Shown in pieces: positions 48,289 to 58,482 of a stretch of 64,000 nt of DNA. The stretch comes from an uncultured Actinomycetota bacterium (GTDB lineage: Bacteria; Actinomycetota; Actinomycetes; Mycobacteriales; Pseudonocardiaceae): the NCBI GenBank assembly GCA_963825445.1, contig CAWGTM010000025.1, forward strand, positions 29,976 through 93,975, given 5' to 3'. Numbering within the stretch: position 1 is the first letter of the stretch; each line of letters begins with the position of its first letter. The notes under the pieces are model-generated. The model was not told the DNA's origin, searched no databases, and saw nothing but the letters and a program-made list of their open reading frames with translations. A program made the position numbers and the translations under genes.

Positions 48289-49731
48289 CTACGCCGCCCG
48301 GTCCAGCCGGGACAGGCGCCAGCAGAGCAGGCTGGTGATCGCGGCGCCCACTGCCAGCAGCAGCGCGGCGGCCATGAAGGCGGTGTTCTGGGCGGCGAGG
48401 TCGTTGCCCGGGCCGCCGGGCGGGCCGCCGAGCACGATCCCGTACCAGACTCCGGTGACCGCGAACCCGAAGGCCAGGCCGAACTGGACGACGGTGGAGG
48501 CGATGCCCGACGCGGCGCCGGCGTCGTCCGGGGTGATGCGGCCCAGGATGCCCGCCACGAGCGGGGTGACCACCACGCCCTGTGCGAGCCCCAGCACGGC
48601 GATCATGATGGTCAGCACGACCTGCTGGACGCCCGGGTCGGTGTGTGCCATGGCCGCTCCGATGATCAGGCAGACCGCGTTCACGCAGGTGCCGACGATC
48701 GGCACTCGCATGCCCCACCGGTTGCCGAGGCGTGGAGCGACGGCCGAACCGACCGCGAACATCACACCCAGCGGCATGAACATCAGTCCGGCCGCGAGCG
48801 GGTCGAGCCCCAGCCCGGTCTGCAGGTGGTAGGTGAACACCAGGAACAGCCCGGCGTTGCCGGCGAAGAACACCCCGACCGTGGTCAGGCTGAGCGGAAA
48901 CCCGCGGGTGGTGAGCACGTGCGGCGGATAGAGCGGAGCACCACCACGCCGGGCCACGCCTCGTTGCTGGCGCGCGAGCGCGACCAGCACGAGTACCCCC
49001 GCCGCCGCGCTGCCCCAGATCCATCCCGACCAGCCGGTCCTCGGGCCGAGGATCAGCGGGACCAGCAGCGCCGGGACCGCGACCGCGGTCAGCGCGGCTC
49101 CGATGCCGTCGATGCCGACGACGGTGCCGGGCCGGGACTCGGCGATGGTCAGCGGGCCGAGTACCAGGAGGATGATGCCGATCGGAACGTTGATCAGGAA
49201 CACCGCGCGCCAGCCCAGGCCGGCCACGTCGAGGTCGGTCAACACACCGCCGGCGGCGATCCCGACGATCGTGCCGAGCCCCAGCGAGACTCCGTAGTAG
49301 CCGACCGCCCGGCCGCGTTGTGCCGCGTCGAGGAACGTGGACCGCACGATCGCCAGCACCTGCGGGCCCTGCAGCGCGGCGAACACGCCCTGGACGAACC
49401 GGGCCGCGATGAGCAGTTCGGCGTTCGGTGCGAGCCCGCAGAGCAGCGAGGCGACGGTGAACCCGGCCGCGCCGACCAGGAACATCCTGCGGTGGCCGAA
49501 CCGGTCGCCGAGCCGTCCCCCGGTGACCAGCAGGGCGGCGGCCGCGAACACGAAGACGGCGCCGATGAGTTGGATCTGGTCGAACCCGGCCGGCAGGTCG
49601 CGTTGGATGGTGGGGCTGGCGACGTTGACGATGAACCCGTCGACCTGCCCCATGAACGTGGCCGTCAGGACCACAGCCAGCCCGACCCAGTTGCGGGTGG
49701 ACGCCGTGGTGCGGTCGTCGACGGCGGTCAC
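48289..49731 (-). CDS. MFS (DHA2, 14-TM) exporter
   Basis: DGFIVNVASP, GGRLGDRFGHRR, WRAVFLINVPIG; coupled to the NRPS. Confidence 0.92.
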   Translation of the reverse strand: MTAVDDRTTASTRNWVGLAVVLTATFMGQVDGFIVNVASPTIQRDLPAGFDQIQLIGAVFVFAAAALLVTGGRLGDRFGHRRMFLVGAAGFTVASLLCGLAPNAELLIAARFVQGVFAALQGPQVLAIVRSTFLDAAQRGRAVGYYGVSLGLGTIVGIAAGGVLTDLDVAGLGWRAVFLINVPIGIILLVLGPLTIAESRPGTVVGIDGIGAALTAVAVPALLVPLILGPRTGWSGWIWGSAAAGVLVLVALARQQRGVARRGGAPLYPPHVLTTRGFPLSLTTVGVFFAGNAGLFLVFTYHLQTGLGLDPLAAGLMFMPLGVMFAVGSAVAPRLGNRWGMRVPIVGTCVNAVCLIIGAAMAHTDPGVQQVVLTIMIAVLGLAQGVVVTPLVAGILGRITPDDAGAASGIASTVVQFGLAFGFAVTGVWYGIVLGGPPGGPGNDLAAQNTAFMAAALLLAVGAAITSLLCWRLSRLDRAA

Positions 49732-52700
49732 GCGGTCACCTTCGTCCGGATGCGGTCGGCCAGGATGGTGCCGATCCGCTCCAAAGCCCACGGGTAGACG
49801 ATCTCGTGGTGTACGCAGTCCAACTCGTGGATCTCCAGGTTTCCGTCGATGAACGGTGCCCAGTCGTCGGGGACCGGCCAGTGCGTGGGTTTCTCTTTCG
49901 TGGCCACGAACAGCACGGCGTCGCCGGTGAACTTGCCCGGTGTGAACTCGGCGCCCAGTTCGGAGTTGTTGACGAAGACCCGGTAGAGCCGGTCGATGTG
50001 CTGCTCGACGAGTTCGCCGTACCGCTGGAAGACGTTGGCGACGTAGACCGCCTTGGACTCCACGGTGAAGGTCTCGCGCCAGGACGTGGGGATCGGGAAC
50101 GAGTCCAGCATGGCGAGCAGGGCGACCTCCTCGCCGACGGCCTGCAGTTGTACCGCCATCTCGTGGGCCGCCACGCCGCCGAGGGACCAGCCGAGCAGGT
50201 GGTAGGGGCCGTGCGGTTGCACCGAGCGGAGCTGGTCCACCCAGCGGGCGGCGATCTCGGGGATGCTGGTGGGCAGCGGCTCGTCGCCGGTGATGCCGTC
50301 CGACTGCAGACCGTAGATCCGCTGGTCCGAGCCCAGTCCGGTGACCAGGCTGACGTAGGGCCAGCTCAGCCCCGTCGACGGGGCCACACACCACAGCGGC
50401 ACCGTGTCCCCCTTCTCCCGCAGCGGGAGCAGGACGTCGAACGCGTTCCTGTCGTCCTCGTGGAGCCGTTTGGCCAGCGTGGCGACGGTGGGCGCCTCGA
50501 ACACCGCATTGACCGAGAGCCGGACACCGAACTCGGTGCGGATCCGGCCGAGCAGCCGGGCCACCAGCAGGGAGTGCCCGCCGAGGGCGAAGAAGTCGTC
50601 GTCGACACCGACCTGGGGGAGGTCGAGAATCTCGGCGAACAACGTGCCGAGCAGGCGCTCCCGATGGTCCCGGAGGAGCACACCGGTCGCCGCCGTCGGC
50701 GCTTCCGGGGCCGGCAGCGCCGCCCGGTCCAGCTTGCCGTTCGGGTTGACCGGGAAACGGTCCAGCACGACGTACGCGGGCGGCACCAGGTAGTCCGGCA
50801 ACCGCTCGCTCAGGTATCGGCGCAGGTCGGCGGCCTCCGAGGCGGGGCGGTCCGCTGCCGTCACGGTGTAGGCGACCAGGCGGTCGGCCCGGACGGCGAC
50901 CGCGGCCCGTGCCACGTTCGGGTGTCCACCGAGGACGGCTTCGATCTCGCCGGGCTCGATGCGGAAGCCGCGGATCTTGATCTGGTCGTCGGCGCGGCCG
51001 AGGTACTCCAGCCGGCCGTCGGGTCGCCAGCGGGCCAGGTCCCCGGTGCGGTACATCCGGGCACCGGATCCGCCGTAGGGGTCCGGGAGGAAACGCTGCT
51101 CGGTCAGTTCCGGCCGGTGGTGATAGCCGCGGGCCAGTGGGGTACCGGCCAGGTACAGCTCACCGACCGCGCCGGGCGGCAGCAGTCGGTGCGAGGCGTC
51201 GAGCACGTAGGCCCGGGAGTTGGTCACGGGCCTGCCGACGATCGGGGTGGGGCTGTCGGCGAGCCGGCACCACAGGGTGTCCACCGTGCATTCCGTGGGG
51301 CCGTACAGGTTGTAGCCGGAGACCCCCGGGGTGTCGCGCAGCGCCGTCCACAGCGCCGCTCCGGCCGCCTCGCCGCCGAGTGCGATCACCGCGGGTATGT
51401 GGTGACTGCCGGTGAGCAGTCCCGCGGCGAGCAGTTCCTCGGCGTAGGTCGGGGTGATGTCCAGGAAGTCGACGCCCGCCGTGTCGATGTACTCGATCAG
51501 CCGTTCGGGTTCGCGGCGCACGTCGTCGCCGATGAAGTGCAGTTCGTGGCCGGCGAGCAACCACAGCAGCCCTTCCCAGGAGGTGTCGAACGACAGCGAG
51601 GCGGTCAGCGCCGCCCGGAACCGGCGTCCACCGGCGCGCTCCACCTCGTGGCGGATCAGGTGCTCGTGGTGGTGGTGGAACAGGTTGACCATGCCCCTGT
51701 GCTCCAGCACCGCGCCCTTCGGCGTACCCGTCGAGCCCGAGGTGTAGATCAGGCACAGTGCGGAGTCCGGCGTCAGCGGGCCGGTCCGGTCGGCGTCGGT
51801 CAGCGCGGCACCGGATCGTCGGCCGACCTCGGCACCGACCGCCGGATCGTCGAGCACGATCGCGCCCGGCACATTGTGGGCGAGCGCGTCGTCGGTCAGG
51901 GTGAGCACCGGGTCGGCGTCCTCCAGCAGAAGGCTGATCCGGGTCCGGGGGTAGCTGGGGTCGATCGGGAGGTAGCCCGCGCCGGACTTGAGCACGGCGA
52001 GCAGCGCGACGATCCCCATGGTGGTGCGGGGAAGCAGTAGTGCGACGTAGGTGTCGGGGCCCGCGCCGTGGTCGACCAGGTGGCGGGCGAGCTGGTTGGC
52101 CCGTGTCTCGAGTTCGGTGAACGTCAGCGACGCGTCCTCCGCCACCAGTGCTGTCGCGTCCGGGGTGCGTGCGGCCCGGTCGGCGAACAGGTCCGGTACG
52201 GTCGCCGGCGGCACCCGCCGCGCGGTGTCGTTCCAGTCCACCAGCAGCTCGCGGCGCTCGTGGGCCCCGAGCAGCGCCGCATCCCCGATCGGCCGGGCGG
52301 AGTTGGTGGTCAGCTCCTGGACGAACGCCAGGTACCGGCGCAGATGGGCGTCGAGTTCGTCACGGGTGTAGAGGACCGGGTTGCCGTCGAAGGTCAGGTG
52401 CAGGCCGCTGCCGTCGGCCCGGTCGTAGACGTTGACCACCATGTCCTCGACCAGCCCGGCCGAGACGTTGCGCACGACCGCGGGGTGGCCGGCGAAGTGC
52501 AACCCGTAGTCGAACGGCATGATGTTCATCGACGGACCGAACATCTTGCGGTCGCTGGACACGAGCTTGAGGTCGCGGCGGAGCTGTTCGTAGCGGTAGC
52601 GGTGGTGCCGCCGTCCGGCGCGGACCTCGGCGACGACCGCGCCGGTCAGGTCCTTGAGGTTCACGTCTGGTTCGACCATGAGCCACAGCGGGACGACGTT

Positions 52701-53564
52701 GAGCACCATGCACGGCACCCGCAGCGACACCGAGCACATCCGGGCCATCACCGGCAGGGCGAAGTTCACGTGCGTGGCCCCGGTCATCCGGTGCAGGTAC
52801 GCGGCGAACGTGGCGATGAGGACGTCGGTCCACACGGCCTTCGCGGTGTGCGCCACCGTCCGCAGTTGCTCCACGGTGGACCGGTCGATGACGTCCTCGA
52901 CGCGGCACACCGTCCGGGCGAGCGCGCCGGTCCGGCCCGCCAGGGTCACCGGCTCCGACCTGCCCTCCGCGTAGCCCGTCCAGTGGTCGCGATCTCGTTG
53001 GTAGCGCTCGGACTCCTGATAGGCGAGGTCCTCGTCCACAACGGACCGGAGTGTCCCGAACCCGCACTCCTCGGGTTCCCGTCCCTCGACCAGTGCGGTG
53101 TAGTGCTCGGCCACCCGGCGGGCGACCAGACCGAGGCCGTAGCCGTCCAGCGCGATGTGGTGCACCCGGTGGTACCACAGGGTCCGGTCCTCGGCCAGGC
53201 GGAACACCGCGTGCCCGAACACCGGGTCGGTCGCGAAGTCCACCGGACGGGACAGGTCCTCGGCCATCCACGCGCGGGCGGCGGCCATCGGGTCGTCGTG
53301 ACCGGACAGGTCCGCGACGTGCACCGTCCACACGGGAGCCTGCCCGAGGAACTGCGCCGGTCCGTCGTCGTCCTCGGCGAACCGAACGCCAAGGGCCTCC
53401 GTCTCGTCGACGGCGCGGCGGATCGAGGTGACGAGCAGGTCGACGTCGACCGGCCCGGCGATGTCGACGTACTCGGCGGTGTTGAACGCCGGGCTGTCCA
53501 CCGCGAGTTGCTGCCCGGTCCAGATTCCGTACTGCGCGGCCGACAGCGCGATCCGCTCGGTCAT
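49728..53564 (-). CDS. Single-module NRPS, C-A-T-TE
   Basis: HHIALDG (C), YTSGSTGTPKG, NLYGPTE, YRTGDL, NGKLDR (A), LGGHSLL (T), GWSLGG (TE). Confidence 0.95.
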   Translation of the reverse strand: MTERIALSAAQYGIWTGQQLAVDSPAFNTAEYVDIAGPVDVDLLVTSIRRAVDETEALGVRFAEDDDGPAQFLGQAPVWTVHVADLSGHDDPMAAARAWMAEDLSRPVDFATDPVFGHAVFRLAEDRTLWYHRVHHIALDGYGLGLVARRVAEHYTALVEGREPEECGFGTLRSVVDEDLAYQESERYQRDRDHWTGYAEGRSEPVTLAGRTGALARTVCRVEDVIDRSTVEQLRTVAHTAKAVWTDVLIATFAAYLHRMTGATHVNFALPVMARMCSVSLRVPCMVLNVVPLWLMVEPDVNLKDLTGAVVAEVRAGRRHHRYRYEQLRRDLKLVSSDRKMFGPSMNIMPFDYGLHFAGHPAVVRNVSAGLVEDMVVNVYDRADGSGLHLTFDGNPVLYTRDELDAHLRRYLAFVQELTTNSARPIGDAALLGAHERRELLVDWNDTARRVPPATVPDLFADRAARTPDATALVAEDASLTFTELETRANQLARHLVDHGAGPDTYVALLLPRTTMGIVALLAVLKSGAGYLPIDPSYPRTRISLLLEDADPVLTLTDDALAHNVPGAIVLDDPAVGAEVGRRSGAALTDADRTGPLTPDSALCLIYTSGSTGTPKGAVLEHRGMVNLFHHHHEHLIRHEVERAGGRRFRAALTASLSFDTSWEGLLWLLAGHELHFIGDDVRREPERLIEYIDTAGVDFLDITPTYAEELLAAGLLTGSHHIPAVIALGGEAAGAALWTALRDTPGVSGYNLYGPTECTVDTLWCRLADSPTPIVGRPVTNSRAYVLDASHRLLPPGAVGELYLAGTPLARGYHHRPELTEQRFLPDPYGGSGARMYRTGDLARWRPDGRLEYLGRADDQIKIRGFRIEPGEIEAVLGGHPNVARAAVAVRADRLVAYTVTAADRPASEAADLRRYLSERLPDYLVPPAYVVLDRFPVNPNGKLDRAALPAPEAPTAATGVLLRDHRERLLGTLFAEILDLPQVGVDDDFFALGGHSLLVARLLGRIRTEFGVRLSVNAVFEAPTVATLAKRLHEDDRNAFDVLLPLREKGDTVPLWCVAPSTGLSWPYVSLVTGLGSDQRIYGLQSDGITGDEPLPTSIPEIAARWVDQLRSVQPHGPYHLLGWSLGGVAAHEMAVQLQAVGEEVALLAMLDSFPIPTSWRETFTVESKAVYVANVFQRYGELVEQHIDRLYRVFVNNSELGAEFTPGKFTGDAVLFVATKEKPTHWPVPDDWAPFIDGNLEIHELDCVHHEIVYPWALERIGTILADRIRTKVTA

Positions 53565-53809
53565 GGCCGTCGCCCCGGCGAATCCACGGACAGCACCCGC
53601 CACCACCCGGCGAGCGTGGGTTCCTCGGCCAGCTGCAGGAAGCTGACGTTCGCACCCGCGTTCCGCCAGCGTTCCACCAGAGTCAGGATGCGCACCGAGT
53701 CCAGTCCCTCGGTCAGCAGGTCAGCGTCGTCGGCCACGTCGGAAGGGGCGAGGTGCAGCAGTTCGGCGACGTCGGCGCGAATCTGGTCCCTCGTCAGTGA
53801 GTCGGTCAC
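53561..53809 (-). CDS. Stand-alone carrier protein, EntB/DhbB ArCP-like
   Basis: GLDSVRILTLVERWR...FLQLAEEPTLAGWW. Confidence 0.88.
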   Translation of the reverse strand: MTDSLTRDQIRADVAELLHLAPSDVADDADLLTEGLDSVRILTLVERWRNAGANVSFLQLAEEPTLAGWWRVLSVDSPGRRP

Positions 53810-53819
53810 GGTAGTCCCT

Positions 53820-55379
53820 TCAGTTGACTTGGCGGTCGCGGTCGCGCCAGAAGGCCTCGCGCAGCTCGCGGCGGAGGATCTTGCCGCTGGGGTTGCGGGG
53901 CACGGCGTCGAGGAACTCGAAGCGGGCCGGGATCTTGAACGCCGCGAGGTGGTCCCGCAGGAACACCATCAGGTCCCGCGGCCCCGCCCGCTGCCCGGGT
54001 CGCAGCGCGACGAACGCGCAGACCGCCTCCCCGAAGGTTTCGTCGGGGACACCGATCACCGCGGCCTCGGCGACCGCGGGATGCTTGGTGAGGGCGTTCT
54101 CGATCTCGGTCGGGTAGAGCTTCTCGCCACCGACGATGATCATGTCCTTGAGCCGGTCACTGATGAAGACGTAGCCGTCCTCGTCGACGTGGCCCGCGTC
54201 GCCGGTGTGGACCCACCCGTCGACCAGCGTGCCGGCGGTGGCCGCGGGATTGCCCCAGTACTCCAACATCCGGGCCGGTGTGTGCAGGCACACCTCGCCG
54301 ACCTCGCCCTGCGGCAACGGTTGACCGTCCCCGTCGATGATCTTGACCCGCACGCCGGGGTAGGGCCGGCCCGCGGCCCGCAGCCGGGGACTGCCGGGGG
54401 TGTGGTCGGCGGGTGGGAGGCAGACCGCCGTGTTGCCGGTCTCGGTCAGTCCGTAGATCTGGGCGAGGTCCGCGCCGCAGACGTCGATGGCCTCCTTCAG
54501 GAGGGTTTCCGCGATGGGTGAGCCGCCGTAGACGATCTTGCGGACCGTGCTGAAGTCGGCAGGCCCGACGCCGGGTTCGCCGATCATCAGACGCAGCATC
54601 GAGGGCACCACGCAGATCGCGGTGATGCCCAGCTCTCTGACCAGCTCCACCGCCAGGGTGCTGTCGAAGCGGGGCATGGCGACGTTCGTGATGCCCGCGT
54701 TGAAGCCCTGCATCGCCCACCAGATCCCGCCGACGTGGAAGCCGGGCATGCCGACCAGGCTGCGGTCCCCGGCCCGCCAGTCGATCCAGTCCAGACCCTC
54801 CTCGGCCAACGCGTCCCGGATGGCGAAGAAGCTGCGCTGCGCCAGCACGACGCCCTTGGGCAGGCCCGTGGTGCCACTGGTGTAGAGCTGCACGATCGGG
54901 TCTTCCGGACCGGTGTCCGGTCGAAGGTCCGTCTCCGGTCGCCCGGCCTTCCACCCGGCGAACCCGGCGCCGAGTTCGACGATCGTGCGCAGCCCCGGCA
55001 ACTCCGCGCGGACCTTCTGCGCGATCGCCATCAGTTCGGGCTCCACGAACAGCAGCTCGGTGCCGGAGTCGCGCATGATGTGGTCGACCTCGCCCGTGGT
55101 GAGCCGCCAGTTGACCGGCACCAGCACCGTCGCGCTCTTCGCGCAGCCGAACAGGATCTCGTAGTACTGCTCGGACTCCTTGCCCAGGTAGGCCACCCGG
55201 GCACCCGGCCGCAGCCCGGCCGCGACGATCGCGTGGGCGACCCGGGAGCTTTCCCGGTGGAGCTCGGCGTAGGTCAGGGACCGGCCGGCGCAGATGACCG
55301 CCCGCGTGTCCGGCTGTCCGTCCGCGTGAAACTCGACCACGTCGGCCACTGTCCGCAGGTTCGGGAAGTACACCACCAT
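53820..55379 (-). CDS. Acyl-AMP/acyl-ACP ligase (ScoC/FadD10/SfaB position)
   Basis: YTSGTTGLPKG, IYGLTE, HTGDAG, NPSGKI. Confidence 0.9.
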   Translation of the reverse strand: MVVYFPNLRTVADVVEFHADGQPDTRAVICAGRSLTYAELHRESSRVAHAIVAAGLRPGARVAYLGKESEQYYEILFGCAKSATVLVPVNWRLTTGEVDHIMRDSGTELLFVEPELMAIAQKVRAELPGLRTIVELGAGFAGWKAGRPETDLRPDTGPEDPIVQLYTSGTTGLPKGVVLAQRSFFAIRDALAEEGLDWIDWRAGDRSLVGMPGFHVGGIWWAMQGFNAGITNVAMPRFDSTLAVELVRELGITAICVVPSMLRLMIGEPGVGPADFSTVRKIVYGGSPIAETLLKEAIDVCGADLAQIYGLTETGNTAVCLPPADHTPGSPRLRAAGRPYPGVRVKIIDGDGQPLPQGEVGEVCLHTPARMLEYWGNPAATAGTLVDGWVHTGDAGHVDEDGYVFISDRLKDMIIVGGEKLYPTEIENALTKHPAVAEAAVIGVPDETFGEAVCAFVALRPGQRAGPRDLMVFLRDHLAAFKIPARFEFLDAVPRNPSGKILRRELREAFWRDRDRQVN

Positions 55380-55927
55380 CACCCTTCCTGCCCCGTGCGT
55401 CCGGAACCGACGATCGCGACGGTGACCTCGCCCTCGGACCTGCCGGCGCGGTCGTCCCAGAATCGGAACACCGTGTCCAGCGCGATCAGGGGCGGGCTCT
55501 CCGAGTTGAGCCGCCGCTGTGTCACTCCCGTGAAAGTGATCTCGCCGTGAAAGCCGCGGGGATCGACCGGCGATCGGAAACGGCTGACCAGCTTGGTGAT
55601 CAGGATGTCCGGCAGCCTCCGCCGCCAGTAGTCGTCCATCGTCCACGTGGCGAACACCGGGTCGAGCCGGTCTCGGACCGCGGTGGCGATGACGTGGTAG
55701 AGCATCTGGTTGTAGGCGATGTTGACCTCGACCGCGTTGAGATGGCCGGTGTCGTCGATGTAGCACGACTCGTCGATGGTCAGCTCGCCCACGCCGCGGA
55801 GCTGTCCGTCCACTTCGGAGACCGACATCGCCGTCAGGTACCGACAGTGCGGTTTGTAGCAGTGCAGCACCTGTTCCAGCAGCGCGTCGTCGGCGTCCGG
55901 TGGTGCCTGCGTCCGCGCGGCGGTCAT
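55379..55927 (-). CDS. FcoT-family thioesterase (ScoD/Rv0098-like)
   Basis: [33 protein letters not shown]. Confidence 0.93.
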   Translation of the reverse strand: MTAARTQAPPDADDALLEQVLHCYKPHCRYLTAMSVSEVDGQLRGVGELTIDESCYIDDTGHLNAVEVNIAYNQMLYHVIATAVRDRLDPVFATWTMDDYWRRRLPDILITKLVSRFRSPVDPRGFHGEITFTGVTQRRLNSESPPLIALDTVFRFWDDRAGRSEGEVTVAIVGSGRTGQEG

Positions 55928-56793
55928 GCGCCGACCCGGTCGTCGTAGACGGTGACCCGGTGGGACACGGCCGGTTCGGACGTGGCCGTGTGCAGTGCGC
56001 GGTGGACCAGGCTGCGGTTGTCCCAGACCAGAAGGTCCCCCTTCTCGAAGGTCTGCAGGTGGATGCTGTCGTGTTCGAAGGTGGTGTCCAGCTGTCCCGT
56101 GGCGGCCAGCAGTTCGCGCAGCAGCTCCGGCTGCGCACGCCCTTCGGCGTCCCTTACGGACAGGGTGAAGCCCTCGCTGATGTACAGGATCGTCTCGTCG
56201 GTGAAGCGGTGCGCGTGCGCGGTCGGCAGCGACACCGGCGGGGTCTTCCGGTCGACCTCGTCGAGCACCTCGGAGATGGGCCGGTAGACATCACTCGGTC
56301 GGATCTTGAAGTACCTGCGCACGCTGTGCACCGCGGTGGTGTTCGCGACAGCGGTCTTCAGTTCGTCGCTGAGCCCGTCGTAGGCGGCGCACAGGTCGAT
56401 GAAGAAGGTGCCCCGGTTCCTGGTCGGCACCACCTGCGGGTGGATGAGGGTGATGTCGAAGGGACGTGGCATGAACTGGTAGTCCGAGTGCCAGAACTTC
56501 CCGGTCTTCGGCACCCCGATCTGTTTGCCGTCCTGTTCCACATTGGACGATACGAAGACCTCCCGGACCTCCGGGTGGTGGTAGATCGGCTCGTAGTACG
56601 TCTCGGGGGTCCCGAGACGGCTGCCTAACTCCAGAAAGGCCTTGGGGTCGAGATCCTGATCCTTGAGTACCGCGATCTTGTCGGTGTAGACGGCGTTCTT
56701 GAGCGTCGCGATGTCCTCGTCGGACACGCTGCCGGCGTCGAAGTCCTCGACCACGACGCCGAACCTGCCGGTGCTCTGCGGGCTGATCCTCAT
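55924..56793 (-). CDS. Fe(II)/2OG isonitrile synthase (ScoE/Rv0097-like)
   Basis: [52 protein letters not shown]. Confidence 0.93.
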   Translation of the reverse strand: MRISPQSTGRFGVVVEDFDAGSVSDEDIATLKNAVYTDKIAVLKDQDLDPKAFLELGSRLGTPETYYEPIYHHPEVREVFVSSNVEQDGKQIGVPKTGKFWHSDYQFMPRPFDITLIHPQVVPTRNRGTFFIDLCAAYDGLSDELKTAVANTTAVHSVRRYFKIRPSDVYRPISEVLDEVDRKTPPVSLPTAHAHRFTDETILYISEGFTLSVRDAEGRAQPELLRELLAATGQLDTTFEHDSIHLQTFEKGDLLVWDNRSLVHRALHTATSEPAVSHRVTVYDDRVGA

Positions 56794-57038
56794 CGGACGG
56801 TCTCCCGCGCGGCGGAGGCGACGAGGTCCACCAGGTCCGAGATGGTCCGAACACCGGCCAACAGATCGTCCGGGATGGCTACACCGAACTCCTTCTCCAC
56901 CCGCATCAACAGGTCCATCGTGCCCATCGAGTCGACTCCCAGGGTGTCCAGACTCGCCTGCGGTGACACCGGCTCGGTGACACCGTCGACCTCCCGCACG
57001 AACTCGACGATGACAGCTGTGATCTGTTCCTTGTTCAC
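56790..57038 (-). CDS. Acyl carrier protein (ScoB/Rv0100 position)
   Basis: [18 protein letters not shown]; AAGGAG RBS. Confidence 0.9.
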   Translation of the reverse strand: MNKEQITAVIVEFVREVDGVTEPVSPQASLDTLGVDSMGTMDLLMRVEKEFGVAIPDDLLAGVRTISDLVDLVASAARETVR

Positions 57039-57258
57039 GTCCCGCTCCTTCTTGGTCGGACAACCCGCGGCCCACGGGCTCACCCACGCACTCCCGAACC
57101 ACGAAGGAACGGCGCGGATGCCGCCGTTCCGCTGCGGCCACATGTCCCTTCCTCGGATTTGTCGCGCGGTGGCGGGAGAACTCCGTCGGCCACCGCCGTT
57201 GACGGTGCGTGTCCGTCCACATCGCACAGCACCACCACGGCGAAGCTCACGTCACCAT

Positions 57259-57286
57259 TGTCGGCAGGCGTGGCGTTCCAGTTCCC
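57259..57286 (-). promoter_or_regulatory. SigC-type promoter GGGAAC-N17-CGACA
   Basis: Upstream of the isonitrile operon. Confidence 0.82.
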
Positions 57287-57317
57287 GCGCGCCCGCAGAA
57301 TGTTCGCTGAGCGGCGC

Positions 57318-57345
57318 GGGAACTATTCGGTGTCGGGGAACGACG
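57318..57345 (+). promoter_or_regulatory. SigC-type promoter GGGAAC-N17-CGACG
   Basis: Back-to-back with the previous promoter; upstream of the TauE gene. Confidence 0.8.
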
Positions 57346-57430
57346 TGCCGTGGTCCCGGCCGCATCACGTCGGTTGTTCGAGCGTGCGGACTCGGTCCAC
57401 CCCCGTTGACCCACTCTCGCCTCCGCGAGG

Positions 57431-58471
57431 ATGGTCGATGACGTGACGCGACTCGACCAGCATCTGCCCGTCGACGCCGACTCGCCGGTCCGCTCGGCGT
57501 TTCGCTTCCACCTCGTGATCGTCGCGATCGTCTGGGCGGGTTGGCTGGTGTTGGGAGGCGAGGCCGCGTTCGACGCTCTCCGTCGACAGTGGGCGGTCGC
57601 CGTGACGATGGTGTTCGGCTCGCTGGTCGGCGGCGGCACCAGTGAGGGCGGCGGGGCCGTCGCGTTCCCCGTGTTCACCAAACTGCTCCACATCGCCTCC
57701 GACGACGCCCGGATCTTCACCTACGCCGTGCAGTGCGTGGGCATGACGGCCGCGTCGCTGTGCATCCTCTGGATGCGGGTACCCATCGAACGACGAGTGC
57801 TCGCGCTGGGAGTACCAGCGGGGATCGCGGGAGTCGTGCTGAGCGTGACGGCGTTCGCGCCGCTGCTGTCGCTGAGCCACATCCGGATCTACTTCACCGT
57901 CCTGCTCACCAGCCTCGCACTCGCGATGCTCGTGATGCAGTGGCGCGGTGGGAACGCCCGCAACGAGCGGGTGCCCGTCGCGGGCGCGCTGGAAGCCCGG
58001 ATGATCATCGCGGCCGGGTTCGTCGGCGGCATCGTCAGCGGACTGGTCGGCGTCGGTGAGAACACGGTCATGTTCATCCTGCTGGTGCTGCTGTTCCGCG
58101 TGTCGGAGAAAGTGGCCACCCCCACCACCGTGATCCTCATGACCGCGGTGTCACTCGCCGCGTTCGCCGCACACGTGTTCCTGATGCGGGACTTCCACGG
58201 CCCGGTGGTCGAGTACTGGCTCGCCGCGGTGCCGATAGTCGTGGTGGGCGCTCCGATCGGCGCCATCGTGTGCGCGCGGATGTCCCGCGTCCTCATCCGG
58301 CGGACACTGCTCGGACTCATCGCGGTGGAGTTCGTCAGCACCCTGGTCCTGGTACCGATGACCGGTCCCACACTCGCGATCTCGGCCGCCGTACTGCTGG
58401 CCGTGACAATCGGCTGCTGCCTCATGACCGACGTACGCCGCTACGATCCCCGGCGCGGCAACCGAACCTGA
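57431..58471 (+). CDS. TauE/SafE (TSUP) family membrane transporter
   Basis: MVFGSLVGGGTSEGGGAVAFPV, GGIVSGLVGVG, VVVGAPIGA. Confidence 0.85.
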   Translation: MVDDVTRLDQHLPVDADSPVRSAFRFHLVIVAIVWAGWLVLGGEAAFDALRRQWAVAVTMVFGSLVGGGTSEGGGAVAFPVFTKLLHIASDDARIFTYAVQCVGMTAASLCILWMRVPIERRVLALGVPAGIAGVVLSVTAFAPLLSLSHIRIYFTVLLTSLALAMLVMQWRGGNARNERVPVAGALEARMIIAAGFVGGIVSGLVGVGENTVMFILLVLLFRVSEKVATPTTVILMTAVSLAAFAAHVFLMRDFHGPVVEYWLAAVPIVVVGAPIGAIVCARMSRVLIRRTLLGLIAVEFVSTLVLVPMTGPTLAISAAVLLAVTIGCCLMTDVRRYDPRRGNRT

Positions 58472-58482
58472 GTCGGTCCGCC

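Noticed and set aside
1667-54521. Many long alternative-frame and antisense ORFs (for example 1667-3604, 28556-30532, 49806-52040, 52068-54521)
   Set aside because: Arg/Gly/Pro-rich shadows of real genes, expected in high-GC DNA
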